A stretch of 64,000 nt of DNA, taken from assembly GCA_943788935.1 (NCBI GenBank), contig CALSSE010000016.1:1759-65758 (forward strand), written 5' to 3'. The notes under the pieces are model-generated. The model saw only the letters and a program-made list of their open reading frames with translations, had not been told where the DNA came from and did not search any database. Shown here piece after piece: positions 1-10,182 of the stretch. This stretch comes from an uncultured bacterium (GTDB lineage: Bacteria; Myxococcota_A; Bradymonadia; UBA7976; VGTA01). A program made the position numbers and the translations under genes. Positions within the stretch are counted from its first letter, which is position 1; every line of letters begins with the position of its first letter.

Positions 1-3000
1 GGGCCAGGTCGTTGTCATCATCAGGATCCCCTGCGTCACAAAGACCATCGGTATCGAAGTCTACCCCGTCGTTGGCGACATCAAAGGTGCCGTTGGCGCA
101 ATCATCACAGGTATCGGCATCAGTGTCAGAGCAGACATTTGGATCATTGTCGTCGCTGTCATCGGCATCTAGCGCATTATCGTTGTCGTCATCAGGGTCA
201 CCGGCATCACAGAGGCCATCGGTGTCGAAATCTACTCCGTCATTGGCAGGATCAAAACTACCGTTAGTGCAGTCATCACAGGTGTCAGCGTCAGTATCAG
301 AGCAGACATTAGGATCATTACTATCGCTGTCGTCTCCGTCTAATGAGCCATCATTATCGTCATCAGGGTCACCTGCATCGCAGAGACCATCGCCTTCGAA
401 GTCTACCCCGTCGTTAGCTGGGTCAAAGGTGCCATTGACACAGTCATCACAGGTGTCGGCGTCGGTGTCAGAGCAGACGTTGGGATCATTATCATCGCTG
501 TCATCGGCGTCCAATGAACCATCATTGTCATCATCAGGGTCGCCGGCATCACAGAGGCCATCGCCTTCGAAGTCGGCACCATCATTGGCAGGATCAAAGG
601 TACCATTGATGCAGTCATCACAGGTATCAGCGTCGGTGTCAGAGCAGACATTTGGATCATTGTCGTCGCTGTCATCAGCGTCGAGAGCGCCGTCATTGTC
701 ATCGTCGGGGTCGCCGTCGTCACAGAGGCCATCGGTATCGAAGTCCACACCATCGTTGGCTGGGTCGAAGGTCCCGTTGGCGCAGTCATCACAAGCATCT
801 GTATCGGTGTCAGAGCAGACATTTGGATCATTGTCGTCGCTGTCATCGGCATCTAGCGCGTTGTCGTTGTCATCATCAGGATCCCCTGCGTCACAAAGAC
901 CATCGGTATCGAAGTCTACCCCGTCGTTGGCAGGATCGAATGTCCCGTTACTACAATCATCACAGGTATCGGCATCAGTGTCAGAGCAGACATTTGGATC
1001 ATTGTCGTCGCTGTCATCGGCATCTAGCGCGTTGTCGTTGTCATCATCAGGGTCCCCAGCATCACAGAGGCCATCGGTGTCGAAATCTACTCCGTCATTG
1101 GCAGGATCAAAGCTACCGTTAGTGCAGTCATCACAGGTGTCAGCGTCGGTATCAGAGCAGACATTTGGATCATTATCATCGCTGTCATCTCCGTCTAATG
1201 AACCGTCGTTGTCATCATCAGGGTCACCTGCATCGCAGAGACCATCGCCTTCGAAGTCTACCCCGTCGTTCGCTGGATCAAAGGTGCCATTGACACAGTC
1301 ATCACAGGTGTCGGCGTCGGTGTCAGAGCAGACGTTCGGGTCATTGTCATCGCTGTCATCAGCGTCTAGAGCGCCGTCATTGTCATCGTCGGGATCGCCA
1401 TTGTCACAGAGTCCATCGGTATCGAAGTCCACACCGTCGTTGGCAGGATCAAAGGTACCATTGATGCAGTCGTCACAGCTGTCAGCGTCAGTGTCAGAGC
1501 AGACGTTGGGATTATTGTCATCGCTGTCATCAGCGTCGAGAGCGCCGTCATTATCATCGTCAGGATCACCGTCGTCACAGAGGCCATCGGTATCGAAGTC
1601 TACCCCGTCGTTAGCAGGGTCGAAGGTGCCGTTAGCGCAGTCATCACAGCTGTCCGTATCGGTGTCAGAGCAGACGTTGGGGTTATTATCATCGCTGTCG
1701 TCAGCATCTAAAGCGAGGTCGTTGTCATCATCAGCGTCGCCATCATCACAAGCACCATCACCATCGAAGTCTACCCCGTCATTGGCAGGATCGAATGTCC
1801 CGTTACTACAATCATCACAGGTATCGGCATCAGTGTCAGAGCAGACATTTGGATCATTGTCGTCGCTGTCATCGGCATCTAGCGCGTTGTCGTTGTCATC
1901 ATCAGGGTCCCCAGCATCACAGAGGCCATCGGTGTCGAAATCTACTCCGTCATTGGCAGGATCAAAGCTACCGTTAGTGCAGTCATCACAGGTGTCAGCG
2001 TCGGTATCAGAGCAGACATTTGGATCATTATCATCGCTGTCATCTCCGTCTAATGAACCGTCGTTGTCGTCATCTGGATCGCCTGCATCGCAGAGACCAT
2101 CGCCTTCGAAGTCTACACCGTCATTGGCAGGATCAAAGGTGCCATTGACACAGTCATCACAGGTGTCGGCGTCGGTGTCAGAGCAGACGTTCGGGTCATT
2201 GTCATCGCTGTCATCAGCGTCTAGAGCGCCGTCATTGTCATCGTCGGGATCGCCATTGTCACAGAGTCCATCGGTATCGAAGTCCACACCGTCGTTGGCA
2301 GGATCAAAGGTACCATTGATGCAGTCGTCACAGGTGTCAGCGTCAGTGTCAGAGCAGACGTTGGGATTATTGTCATCGCTGTCATCAGCGTCGAGAGCGC
2401 CGTCATTATCATCGTCAGGATCACCGTCGTCACAGAGGCCATCGGTATCGAAGTCTACCCCGTCGTTAGCAGGGTCGAAGGTGCCGTTAGCGCAGTCATC
2501 ACAGCTGTCCGTATCGGTGTCAGAGCAGACGTTGGGGTTATTATCATCGCTGTCGTCAGCATCTAAAGCGAGGTCGTTGTCATCATCAGCGTCGCCATCA
2601 TCACAAGCACCATCACCATCGAAGTCTACCCCGTCATTGGCAGGATCGAATGTCCCATTACTACAATCATCGCAGGTATCACTATCAGTGTCAGAGCAGA
2701 CATTTGGATCATTGTCATCGCTGTCATCGGCATCAAGCGCGTTGTCGTTGTCATCATCAGGGTCTCCGGCATCACAGAGGCCATCGGTGTCGAAATCTAC
2801 TCCGTCATTGGCAGGATCAAAACTACCGTTAGTGCAGTCATCACAAGTGTCAGCGTCGGTATCAGAGCAGACATTTGGATCATTATCATCGCTATCATCT
2901 GCGTCTAATGAACCGTCGTTGTCATCATCTGGATCACCTGCATCGCAGAGACCATCGCCTTCGAAGTCTACCCCGTCGTTCGCTGGGTCAAAGGTGCCAT

Positions 3001-5660
3001 TGACACAGTCATCACAGGTGTCAGCGTCGGTGTCAGAGCAGACGTTCGGATCATTGTCATCGCTGTCGTCAGCGTCTAGAGCGCCGTCATTGTCATCATC
3101 AGGATCACCGGCATCACAGAGCCCATCCCCCTCGAAATCCACACCGTCGTTGGCGGGATCAAAGGTACCGTTGACGCAGTCATCACAGGTGTCGGCGTCG
3201 GTATCAGAGCAGATATTTGGATCGTTGTCATCGCTGTCATCAGCGTCTAGAGCGCCGTCATTATCATCGTCAGGGTCACCGTTGTCACAGAGCCCATCGG
3301 TATCGAAGTCTACTCCGTCGTTAGCGGGATCAAAGGTCCCGTTGGCGCAGTCATCACAGGTATCCGTATCGGTGTCAGAGCAGACGTTGGGGTTATTATC
3401 ATCGCTGTCATCAGCATCGAGAGCGAGGTCATTGTCATCATCAGGATCCCCTGCATCACAAAGACCATCGGTATCGAAGTCTACCCCGTCGTTGGCAGGA
3501 TCGAAGGTCCCGTTACTACAATCATCACAGGTGTCAGTATCGGTGTCAGAGCAGACATTTGGATCATTGTCATCGCTGTCATCGGCATCTAACGCGTTGT
3601 CGTTGTCATCATCAGGGTCCCCAGCATCACAGAGGCCATCGGTATCGAAATCAAACCCATCATTGGCGAGGTCGAAGCTGCCATTAGTGCAGTCATCACA
3701 GGTGTCAGCGTCATTGTCAGAGCAAACAGTCGAATCATTATCATCGCTGTCATCGGCGTCCAATGAACCATCATTGTCGTCATCAGGGTCACCTGCATCG
3801 CAGAGGCCATCGCCTTCGAAGTCTACCCCGTCGTTAGCTGGGTCAAAAGTGCCATTGACACAATCATCACAGGTGTCAGCGTCGGTGTCAGAGCAGACGT
3901 TCGGGTCGTTATCATCGCTGTCATCAGCGTCCAATGAACCGTCGTTGTCATCATCAGGGTCACCGGCATCACAGAGACCATCTCCCTCGAAGTCCACACC
4001 GTCGTTAGCGGGATCAAAAGTACCGTTAACACAATCGTCACAGGTGTCAGCGTCGGTGTCAGAACAGACATTTGGATCATTGTCATCGCTGTCATCAGCG
4101 TCGAGAGCGCCGTCATTGTCATCGTCGGGGTCGCCGTCATCACAGAGCCCATCGGTATCGAAGTCTACGCCGTCGTTGGCAGGATCAAAGGTGCCATTAG
4201 CGCAGTCATCACAAGAGTCTGTATCGGTGTCAGAGCAGACATTTGGATCATTATCATCGCTGTCATCAGCGTCGAGGGCTAGGTCGTTGTCATCATCAGG
4301 ATCCCCTGCATCACAAAGACCGTCAGTATCGAAGTCTACCCCGTCGTTGGCAGGATCGAATGTCCCATTACTACAATCATCGCAGGAATCAGTATCGGTG
4401 TCAGAGCAGACATTCGGGTTGTTATCGTCACTATCATCCGTATCGAGAGAACCATCGTTATCATCATCGGTGTCGCCCGCATCACAAATTCCATCACTGT
4501 CAAAGTCGGCGCCATCGTTCGCTATATCGAAAGTACCGTTAGAGCAGTCATCACAGGTGTCGCCGTCGTTATCAGAGCAAACATTTGGATTATTACCATC
4601 GCTGTCATCAGCATCGAGAGACCCATCATTGTCATCATCGGGATCACCGGCATCACATAAGCCATCTCCTTCGAAATCGACTCCGTCATTAGCCGGGTCA
4701 AAGGTACCATTGACACAGTCTTCACAGGTGTCAGCGTCGGTGTCAGAGCAGACGTTCGGGTCATTATCATCGCTGTCATCGGCGTCCAATGAACCGTCAT
4801 TGTCATCATCGGGATCACCGGCATCACATAAGCCATCTCCCTCGAAATCTGCTCCATCGTTAGCTGGGTCAAAGGTGCCGTTGACACAGTCATCACAGGT
4901 GTCAGCATCGGTGTCAGAGCAGATGTTTATATTATTGTCATCGCTGTCATCGGCATCGAGAGCGCCGTCATTGTCATCATCGGGGTCACCATCGTCACAG
5001 AGACCATCAGTATCGAAGTCTACTCCATCGTTAGCAGGGTCGAAGGTACCGTTGGCGCAGTCATCACAAGCATCTGTATCGGTATCTGAGCAGACATTGG
5101 GGTTATTATCATCGCTGTCGTCAGCGTCGAGGGCATTATCATTGTCATCATCTGGATCACCGGCATCACAGAGACCATCGGTGTCGAAATCAGCCCCGTC
5201 GTTGGCAGGATCGAATGACCCGTTACTACAATCATCGCAGGTGTCAGCATCGGTGTCAGAGCAGATGTTTGGATCATTGTCATCGCTGTCATCGGCATCG
5301 AGAGAACCATCGTTGTCATCATCGGTATCGCCCGCATCACAGATTCCATCATTGTCGAAGTCTGCGCCATCATTCGCTATATCGAAGGTGCCATTAGCGC
5401 AGTCATCACAGGTATCGCCGTCGTTATCAGAGCAGACATTTGGATCATTATCATCGCTGTCATCAGCATCGAGAGACTCATCATTGTCGTCATCGGGATC
5501 ACCGGCATCACAGAGGCCATCGGTATCGAAATCAGCTCCGTCGTTAGCGGGGTCAAATGTGCCACTGGTACAGTCATCACAGGTATCTGCATCACTATCT
5601 GAACAGGTGTTTGGATCATTGTCATCGCTGTCATCAACATCGAGAGAGCCATCATTGTCA
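1..5660 (-). repeat. In-frame tandem array of about 33 x 171 bp (57 aa, 4 Cys) units with 855-bp higher-order periodicity
   Basis: The same motif recurs at 61, 232, 403 and so on. Consensus DPDDDNDGALDADDSDDNDPNVCSDTDADTCDDCVNGTFDPANDGVDFDTDGLCDAG. Near-identical shadow ORFs lie 855 bp apart (1366/2221, 1795/2650). Confidence 0.95.
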
Positions 5661-8600
5661 TCATCGAGATCTTCGACGGCGTCTTGGCATCCATCACCGT
5701 CAAAGTCTGTATTTGCTGCAGATGGGCCCCATGCTAGATCTCCCTTGGCACAGTCGTCATTGCCATTGGTCACCCCATCATTGTCATCATCATTATCTTC
5801 GGTAGAGTCACGGCAACCATCGGTGTCATAATCTTCAGCGGCGTCTGAGATCCATCCAGTCTCACCGGTCGCACATTGGTCAGCGGTGTCACTGATACCA
5901 TCATTGTCATCATCTAGATCTTCGGGGTCGCTGTCCCGGCAACCATCTTGATCATGATCTTCAGCAATATCTGATGAGTCCCAGCCGGTGACACCTGAAG
6001 GACACTGGTCTACGGTATCAAGAGAGCCATCATTGTCATCATCAAGGTCCTCTGTTGCGTCTTCACAACCATCGGCATCATTATCATTGGCGAGCGCTGA
6101 GGGCCCCCAACCGAGGTTTCCTTTACGACAAAGGTCATCGGTATCTAGAACGCCATCGTTATCATCATCGGTCTCCTCGGGATGATCATCTTTACACCCG
6201 TCGCTATCGTAGTCAGTCACTCCGTTGGAGGTCCAACCTGTCTCTCCATTGGGACAGAGGTCGTTAATATCAACAATACCATCAGCGTCAGCATCTTCGA
6301 CACAGACTGACGGTTCACCGGTACAGACCGAACCAGGCTCAACAGCGCATCCCGCAGAGCAACCATCTCCAAAGGCCGTGTTTCCATCATCACAGGTCTC
6401 AAAGCCTGGGTCGCCGAGGTTAAGCCCAACACGGATGATCCCGTCGCCACAAACGGCAGCGATGCAGCCGGCCTTACAGCCATCTTTATCACTGGCGTTT
6501 CCGTCATCACACTCCTCGAAGAGTAGATCACCGATGTTAAGGTCTGTTCGCTGTACACCATCGCCGCAGGTGGCGAATAAACAGTTGTTGAGGCAAGCAT
6601 CATCATCTTGACCATTGGCGTCATCACACTGTTCATTGGAGTCGACAACGTTATCTCCACAGCCAGACGCTTCACAATTAGAGCGACAAGCGTCAGGGAG
6701 GAAGTCACTGTTATTGAAGCTATCATCACAAGTCTCATTAGCGGTGAGATTTAAGATTCCATCTCCACACACGCTAGAGCTACAGTCTGCGTTACAGACG
6801 GCGCTCTCTCCACTGTCATCACAATCTTCACTCGCGGATGCATTTGTGATCCCATCACCACAAATAGAGGGGCTACAGTCAGCGTTACAGGTGGCGCTCT
6901 CCCCTCCATCATCACAAGACTCACCAGAAGCGGTGTTGACGATACTATCTCCGCAGGAGGAGAAGGAGCAATTAGCGTTACAGGTGAGCGTATTTACTCC
7001 ACCTTCGTCGCAATCTTCACCAAACTGAACGACTCCATTGCCACAGAACTCGATGCCACAGGCAGAGTCACAGCCATCTCCGTCAGCAGTGTTTCCATCA
7101 TCACATTCTTCTGCTCCTTGTTGTACGCCATTACCGCAGACCTCAGGGGTACAGGTAGAGTCACAGCCATCACCAGCGACAGTATTTCCATCATCGCAGG
7201 TCTCGTAGGCGCCAGGTGTAGGTGTGCCTTGTCCAAAGGAGTTGTCACCCCAGCAGACGATTTGGTTATTAAAGTCAACTGCACATGAATGGGTAAACCC
7301 AACATCGACGCTGATGAATGGACCGGCGGGAGCGTTGAGTTGACCATCAAAGTTATCACCCCAGCAGATGACGTCATCATTGGTGTCACGAGCACAAGTG
7401 TGGGAGAAGTGAGAGGCGACCTCTACATAGTTACCTGCAGGCGCATCACATTGCCCAAAGTCATTGTTACCCCAGCAATCGATCGCGCCTGTTGTTGAGA
7501 GCGCACAGGTGAAGTTACCGCCAGCGCTGAGGTCTGTATATGTTCCAGCTGGAGCGTTGAGCTGGCCTTGATCATTGTCACCCCAGCATTCAATGGTGCC
7601 ATTGTCTGTGACCGCGCACCCATGGAGCGATACGAAGTCCCCACCGATTGCCACTCGAGAGAAGGCACCTACAGGAGGGTCAGGGAAGATTCCAAAACCA
7701 TAATCCATCTCACCCCAACAGATGAGATCTCCATTTAATTGAACACCACAAGTTTGGTCCATCAGTCCTGGGCTGACATCCACCATGAGAACGTTAGGAG
7801 GCTCTGCTTGATTGAGGTCATTCGCTCCCCAACACTCTACTTCGTTAAGGGTGCCGATCGCGCAGGCATGAGCGCTACCAATCTCCATATGGCTGAATTG
7901 GCCCTCTGGTTTGCTCTTGGTGGCGTTAACCCCGACGAGGGTTTCACCCCAACAATTGATATAGTCGTCAGTCATGATACCGCAGCTCTGAGCCGAGCCA
8001 CCAGAGACGTTAAGGTAACGTCGTTCATAGGTCTGAATAACCCCATTACCGCACTCTTCGATGACGCATAAGTCATCACAGCCATCAGAGATACCTACGT
8101 TCCCATCATCACACTGCTCACCGGTGTCGATGACGCTATCTCCGCATGCGGGGACTTGGCAACTGATGCGACATGCATCGGGGGCAGTATCGCTGTTGTT
8201 AGCTCCATTATCACAGAACTCACCGGAGTCTTGTACACCGTCACCACAAAAAGCGACTTGGCAGCTCGTACGACAACCATCTACAGCGTTATCATCGTTA
8301 CCTGCGCCTAAATCACAGCCCTCACTACTGTCTTGAATACCGTCTCCACAAGAGGCGATTTGACAGCTTGTGCGGCAAGCATCGGCGAGAGTGTCGGAAT
8401 TATTGAGTCCATCATCACACCCCTCGCCGGGATCTGTGACCCCGTCACCGCAGCCGGGGAGCTGACAATTCGTGCGGCAAGCGCCAGGGTTGAGGTCGTT
8501 ATTATTGATACCATCGTCACAGCTCTCAGTTCCCTGAATGACGCCATCACCACAGATTTGCTCTTCACAGTTGTTATTACAGCCATTGTTGTCATCTTGA

Positions 8601-9943
8601 TCACCATCATCACAATCTTCTCCGAGGTGGGCTTGAATTACACCATTCCCACACTCTTCCACGAAGCAGTTCTCATCACAGCCATCATTGTTCGTGGTAT
8701 TTCCATCATCACAGGTCTCACCAATTGAGCCTTGAAGCACTCCATTGCCACAGATCTCTTCGTTGCAGTTGAGATCACAGCCGTCACCGTTCAGAGCATT
8801 CCCATCATCACAAGACTCACCGAATTGTAGCACTCCATTCTGACAAACCTCGTCAATACAAGACTCATCGCAGCCGTCACCGACATCTAGGTTGCCATCA
8901 TCGCACTCTTCAGAGCCTTGGAGTAGTCCGTTGCCACATTCGAGCAAACAAGAGGCACCGCAACCATCATTATCTTGACGGTTCCCGTCGTCACACTGCT
9001 CATAATCATCAAGTACCCCATCACCGCAGGTTAAACGAGAGGCGATACGGAAGCCGACATAGACCTCTTCCTGCCTGAAGTTTAATCGCTGACGATATAG
9101 AGCAGTGGAGCGACTCGGAGCTAACGACCAACCACCACCTCTCACCACGCGGAAACGATTACCTGTCGAGCCGATATAGGGAGTCCCATCAGTGGGCTGA
9201 ACGTTATATCCCTGTTGATACCAGTCGGCGGTCCACTCAGCGGCGTTACCGATGAGGTCGCATATCCCCTGATCACTATCACCGTCTAGGAAGGTTGGGA
9301 GGTTAACCTGATCGGTGTGACTTCGAGAACAGACTGGTGAGGTCGAGAGCTGACCACATCCAAAAGAGCCATCTTTGAGAATCGCTCGATCACAGCTGCT
9401 CGCCTCATCTCCCCATGGGTAAAGCTGATCTTGGCCTTGACTTCGAGCAGCATATTCCCATTGAGCTTCACTGGGGAGAGAGAGTGTGTTTACGGTGTCT
9501 TTTTGGTTGAGCCAATCGCCGAATTCTACCGCTTGAGACCAACTCAAACAGTTGACTGGGTGAGTCTCCCGTCCGGCTCTTCCCCAGTTACAGAATGTAC
9601 CAACTTTAGGCTCTGAACAGACACCCTCATCAACACACGCTTGGTATTGATAAATGGTAATCTCAGCCCTTGAGAGACTAAAGTTTTCTATGGTCACTAA
9701 TTTGAGAGGTCTCGCTGCACTATCAGAGCTATCTCCGCGAAGATAGACGCCTCCCGATAGTGGGACGAGCTCGATTGTACTGTCGAGCTCGCAGGTGCTT
9801 GAACAACCATCTCCTTCTCTGGTGTTTCTATCATCACAAGTCTCGGGTGGTGTGATGACCCCATCTCCGCACAGAGGTGCTTGTGCATAGACACTGAATG
9901 GGCTTAAGAGAAGGGTAAGCGCGATCAACGGTGAGTAGCGCAT
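2..9943 (-). CDS. Giant secreted/surface repeat protein (>3314 aa, C-terminus beyond window start): FGE-sulfatase-like domain, myxobacterial Cys-rich (DUF4215-type) repeats, RCC1-like repeats, thrombospondin type 3-like Asp/Cys-rich repeats
   Basis: Manual translation from ATG at 9943 (AGGGAG RBS just upstream) gives MRYSPLIALTLLLSPFSVYAQAPLCGDG (signal peptide), then HPVNCLSWSQA / LPSEAQWEYAAR / DLIGNAAEW / RVVRGGGW / VGFRIA (FGE fold), many CGDG..E.CDDGN..DGC...C units, CWGDN..GQ units and DPDDDNDG units. The frame is the same at 9943, 9478 and 10. Its absence from the ORF track is consistent with no stop inside the window. Confidence 0.9.
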   Translation of the reverse strand, partial: MRYSPLIALTLLLSPFSVYAQAPLCGDGVITPPETCDDRNTREGDGCSSTCELDSTIELVPLSGGVYLRGDSSDSAARPLKLVTIENFSLSRAEITIYQYQACVDEGVCSEPKVGTFCNWGRAGRETHPVNCLSWSQAVEFGDWLNQKDTVNTLSLPSEAQWEYAARSQGQDQLYPWGDEASSCDRAILKDGSFGCGQLSTSPVCSRSHTDQVNLPTFLDGDSDQGICDLIGNAAEWTADWYQQGYNVQPTDGTPYIGSTGNRFRVVRGGGWSLAPSRSTALYRQRLNFRQEEVYVGFRIASRLTCGDGVLDDYEQCDDGNRQDNDGCGASCLLECGNGLLQGSEECDDGNLDVGDGCDESCIDEVCQNGVLQFGESCDDGNALNGDGCDLNCNEEICGNGVLQGSIGETCDDGNTTNNDGCDENCFVEECGNGVIQAHLGEDCDDGDQDDNNGCNNNCEEQICGDGVIQGTESCDDGINNNDLNPGACRTNCQLPGCGDGVTDPGEGCDDGLNNSDTLADACRTSCQIASCGDGIQDSSEGCDLGAGNDDNAVDGCRTSCQVAFCGDGVQDSGEFCDNGANNSDTAPDACRISCQVPACGDSVIDTGEQCDDGNVGISDGCDDLCVIEECGNGVIQTYERRYLNVSGGSAQSCGIMTDDYINCWGETLVGVNATKSKPEGQFSHMEIGSAHACAIGTLNEVECWGANDLNQAEPPNVLMVDVSPGLMDQTCGVQLNGDLICWGEMDYGFGIFPDPPVGAFSRVAIGGDFVSLHGCAVTDNGTIECWGDNDQGQLNAPAGTYTDLSAGGNFTCALSTTGAIDCWGNNDFGQCDAPAGNYVEVASHFSHTCARDTNDDVICWGDNFDGQLNAPAGPFISVDVGFTHSCAVDFNNQIVCWGDNSFGQGTPTPGAYETCDDGNTVAGDGCDSTCTPEVCGNGVQQGAEECDDGNTADGDGCDSACGIEFCGNGVVQFGEDCDEGGVNTLTCNANCSFSSCGDSIVNTASGESCDDGGESATCNADCSPSICGDGITNASASEDCDDSGESAVCNADCSSSVCGDGILNLTANETCDDSFNNSDFLPDACRSNCEASGCGDNVVDSNEQCDDANGQDDDACLNNCLFATCGDGVQRTDLNIGDLLFEECDDGNASDKDGCKAGCIAAVCGDGIIRVGLNLGDPGFETCDDGNTAFGDGCSAGCAVEPGSVCTGEPSVCVEDADADGIVDINDLCPNGETGWTSNGVTDYDSDGCKDDHPEETDDDNDGVLDTDDLCRKGNLGWGPSALANDNDADGCEDATEDLDDDNDGSLDTVDQCPSGVTGWDSSDIAEDHDQDGCRDSDPEDLDDDNDGISDTADQCATGETGWISDAAEDYDTDGCRDSTEDNDDDNDGVTNGNDDCAKGDLAWGPSAANTDFDGDGCQDAVEDLDDDNDGSLDVDDSDDNDPNTCSDSDADTCDDCTSGTFDPANDGADFDTDGLCDAGDPDDDNDESLDADDSDDNDPNVCSDNDGDTCDDCANGTFDIANDGADFDNDGICDAGDTDDDNDGSLDADDSDDNDPNICSDTDADTCDDCSNGSFDPANDGADFDTDGLCDAGDPDDDNDNALDADDSDDNNPNVCSDTDTDACDDCANGTFDPANDGVDFDTDGLCDDGDPDDDNDGALDADDSDDNNINICSDTDADTCDDCVNGTFDPANDGADFEGDGLCDAGDPDDDNDGSLDADDSDDNDPNVCSDTDADTCEDCVNGTFDPANDGVDFEGDGLCDAGDPDDDNDGSLDADDSDGNNPNVCSDNDGDTCDDCSNGTFDIANDGADFDSDGICDAGDTDDDNDGSLDTDDSDDNNPNVCSDTDTDSCDDCSNGTFDPANDGVDFDTDGLCDAGDPDDDNDLALDADDSDDNDPNVCSDTDTDSCDDCANGTFDPANDGVDFDTDGLCDDGDPDDDNDGALDADDSDDNDPNVCSDTDADTCDDCVNGTFDPANDGVDFEGDGLCDAGDPDDDNDGSLDADDSDDNDPNVCSDTDADTCDDCVNGTFDPANDGVDFEGDGLCDAGDPDDDNDGSLDADDSDDNDSTVCSDNDADTCDDCTNGSFDLANDGFDFDTDGLCDAGDPDDDNDNALDADDSDDNDPNVCSDTDTDTCDDCSNGTFDPANDGVDFDTDGLCDAGDPDDDNDLALDADDSDDNNPNVCSDTDTDTCDDCANGTFDPANDGVDFDTDGLCDNGDPDDDNDGALDADDSDDNDPNICSDTDADTCDDCVNGTFDPANDGVDFEGDGLCDAGDPDDDNDGALDADDSDDNDPNVCSDTDADTCDDCVNGTFDPANDGVDFEGDGLCDAGDPDDDNDGSLDADDSDDNDPNVCSDTDADTCDDCTNGSFDPANDGVDFDTDGLCDAGDPDDDNDNALDADDSDDNDPNVCSDTDSDTCDDCSNGTFDPANDGVDFDGDGACDDGDADDDNDLALDADDSDDNNPNVCSDTDTDSCDDCANGTFDPANDGVDFDTDGLCDDGDPDDDNDGALDADDSDDNNPNVCSDTDADTCDDCINGTFDPANDGVDFDTDGLCDNGDPDDDNDGALDADDSDDNDPNVCSDTDADTCDDCVNGTFDPANDGVDFEGDGLCDAGDPDDDNDGSLDGDDSDDNDPNVCSDTDADTCDDCTNGSFDPANDGVDFDTDGLCDAGDPDDDNDNALDADDSDDNDPNVCSDTDADTCDDCSNGTFDPANDGVDFDGDGACDDGDADDDNDLALDADDSDDNNPNVCSDTDTDSCDDCANGTFDPANDGVDFDTDGLCDDGDPDDDNDGALDADDSDDNNPNVCSDTDADSCDDCINGTFDPANDGVDFDTDGLCDNGDPDDDNDGALDADDSDDNDPNVCSDTDADTCDDCVNGTFDPANDGVDFEGDGLCDAGDPDDDNDGSLDGDDSDDNDPNVCSDTDADTCDDCTNGSFDPANDGVDFDTDGLCDAGDPDDDNDNALDADDSDDNDPNVCSDTDADTCDDCSNGTFDPANDGVDFDTDGLCDAGDPDDDNDNALDADDSDDNDPNVCSDTDTDACDDCANGTFDPANDGVDFDTDGLCDDGDPDDDNDGALDADDSDDNDPNVCSDTDADTCDDCINGTFDPANDGADFEGDGLCDAGDPDDDNDGSLDADDSDDNDPNVCSDTDADTCDDCVNGTFDPANDGVDFEGDGLCDAGDPDDDNDGSLDGDDSDSNDPNVCSDTDADTCDDCTNGSFDPANDGVDFDTDGLCDAGDPDDDNDNALDADDSDDNDPNVCSDTDADTCDDCANGTFDVANDGVDFDTDGLCDAGDPDDDNDLA

Positions 9944-10182
9944 GGAGTCTCCCTAATAGATGTGCGTACTAGCTTACTCCGTTAATTTCTAAAGATGGAT
10001 CATGGAGCGCTAGCAGTTATGATTGAGCTTACGTGTCGAAGCACGTATTGATACTTAGTACATACGGTAAACCCTTTTGGGGGCATGAATCAATCATCTA
10101 TTATCTTTGATTACATGATAGTTTACGCACATTAGCTTACGTTGTATTACGTTTGCTTACATAATATTTTGGAAGGAGCATT

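Noticed and set aside
1..5660. CRISPR-like or non-coding repeat array
   Set aside because: Units are 171 bp, contiguous, in frame and vary mostly at synonymous positions. There are no unique spacers and no cas genes.
12..5831. 1939-aa Ser-rich plus-strand ORF
   Set aside because: It is the antisense shadow of the Asp/Cys-rich minus-strand repeat gene. The TCA/TCG Ser codons mirror runs of GAT/GAC, and the minus frame has a signal peptide, RBS and recognisable domains.
9040..9150. Diversity-generating retroelement target (FGE/CLec variable region)
   Set aside because: I saw no reverse transcriptase, Avd or template repeat in the window. A remote DGR cannot be excluded.
403..9894. Many short Met/Thr-rich or His/Arg/Cys-rich ORFs
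   Set aside because: They are alternative-frame products of the same repeat gene and recur with its 171/855-bp period.
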